A stretch of DNA of 64,000 nucleotides from the NCBI RefSeq assembly GCF_009914755.1, contig NC_060938.1, one strand, 5' to 3'. Of the stretch, positions 62,863 through 64,000 are shown piece after piece. How positions within the stretch are numbered: the first letter of the stretch is position 1; every line of letters starts with the position of its first letter. Below the pieces are notes generated by a model. That model had not been told where the DNA came from and made no database searches. It worked only from the letters and a program-made list of their open reading frames with translations. The position numbers were made by a program, and so were the translations under genes. The DNA comes from the human T2T-CHM13v2.0 reference genome, Homo sapiens.

Positions 62863-63338
62863 GTATCACTCTCATTTCTAGAGCATTCGTGGGATAGATT
62901 TGACATATATTGGATCGTAATTCCTATAAACAAAAATTATAGACCCGATAATATGGGAGCAAAGGTACGAGGAATCTATAAAAAGGATTTTAAAAATCCT
63001 TTCTAAAAAGCTTTTTCAAAACCTTTCAGAAAGCTTACTTTCTGAAATTATTCTTTTGAGGAAACTACATATAGGTAACATTATTGTCCCCTTTTATCTT
63101 GAGGGAACTGTATTTTGAAATATGAATGTAAGAGTTGGAAAAGTCTTTTGGGGGGATGGGGTGTTTCCCAGGGTCCATGGTCTATTCTGAATTTTACCTT
63201 CATAATTCTGAAGATTTTCCCCAAGGGGATACCTTCCTACTGAAGAAAATACTTCCCCATTTCTTACTCTCTGCACCAAGAGCCAATATGAAGTGGAATT
63301 ATTTTAAATTTGCATTTACCTGTTTACCTTCCTTAGAT

Positions 63339-63378
63339 AGCACTGAATACTTTTTACCAGCACTGAATACTTTTTACC
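63339..63378 (+). repeat. Perfect 20-bp tandem duplication
   Basis: AGCACTGAATACTTTTTACC x2. Confidence 0.95.
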
Positions 63379-63978
63379 AACCCGTATATATCCTGGAGAA
63401 TTTCAGTTACCAACCCAATTGTGGACTGATGCTCCAAGGACTAAAATATCAATTTTTAAAATTCATGTTTTGTCATTTAATATGCTATCATATAGGTTCT
63501 GTGTGATCTGTTTACCTTCATGATTGTCAGCAATAAATGCCATGTTATTAATCTAAAATATGAATTTTTACTGCGTGTAACACTGTGGAGGTGCTTACAA
63601 TTTGGTAGGAGATTCAGGACCTTCACAAGGGTCTGTTCCATAAAGCTTATGACATCAGCAGGGTACAGATTCCTGCGGGTAACTGAAAAGGGCGTTACTC
63701 CCGGCAGAGGGGTCTAAGAACATTTTAAAGGGAGTGGCATTGAGTTGAGCCTTTAAGAAGGGCCAGATTGGCAGACAGAGATGTTTGAAAAAGGCATTTC
63801 AGGAAAGGGAAACAACATGAACTAAGAAAAAAGGGAATTTAAGTATGAGAAAGATAAAATAGTTATAAGTTCCTGAAAATATTTTTTGAAATGTCAAGAA
63901 CTTAGAATGCAATTTCATAGAATTAGAGGAAATATTGAATGGAATTGCTTGAACATGAATCTTTTTCTTTTTTTTTAG

Positions 63979-64000
63979 GCTTATATAAAGATCTATCAAG
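63979..64000 (+). CDS. ATL1: ATL1 coding exon 10, partial (AYIKIYQ...; truncated by window end)
   Basis: Long T-rich tract plus TAG acceptor, then GCT TAT ATA AAG ATC TAT CAA G. Confidence 0.93.

Noticed and set aside
62487-63006. 163-aa (+) and 148-aa (-) ORFs over exon 9
   Set aside because: Chance open frames flanking a real exon with good splice sites; the antisense ORF is its shadow

Overview
Human (primate) genomic DNA covering the 5' two-thirds of ATL1 (atlastin-1, SPG3A; dynamin-like ER-fusion GTPase) on the + strand. It contains a CpG-island promoter with the ATG exon (2419-2452), coding exons 2-9 complete, and the first 22 nt of exon 10 at the right edge. All splice sites are GT-AG and the frame is intact for residues 1 to about 337, including the G1-G4 GTPase motifs. 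The introns (intron 1 about 27.5 kb, intron 6 about 17.6 kb) are mostly Alu, old L1, MIR/L2, MaLR/ERVL LTRs and MER DNA-transposon fossils, plus an antisense SNRPG processed pseudogene. I find no new protein-coding system; nearly all six-frame ORFs are repeat-derived or chance. The best leads are RNA-processing signals: a perfectly duplicated recursive-splice-like motif near the midpoint of intron 6, a CFTR-like (TG)nTn tract before in-frame exon 6, a block of phase-0 exons bracketed by inverted Alus (stop-less circRNA potential), a hybrid first/internal exon, and a candidate antisense exon in the CpG island. Repeat boundaries are approximate, and subfamily calls were made by eye.
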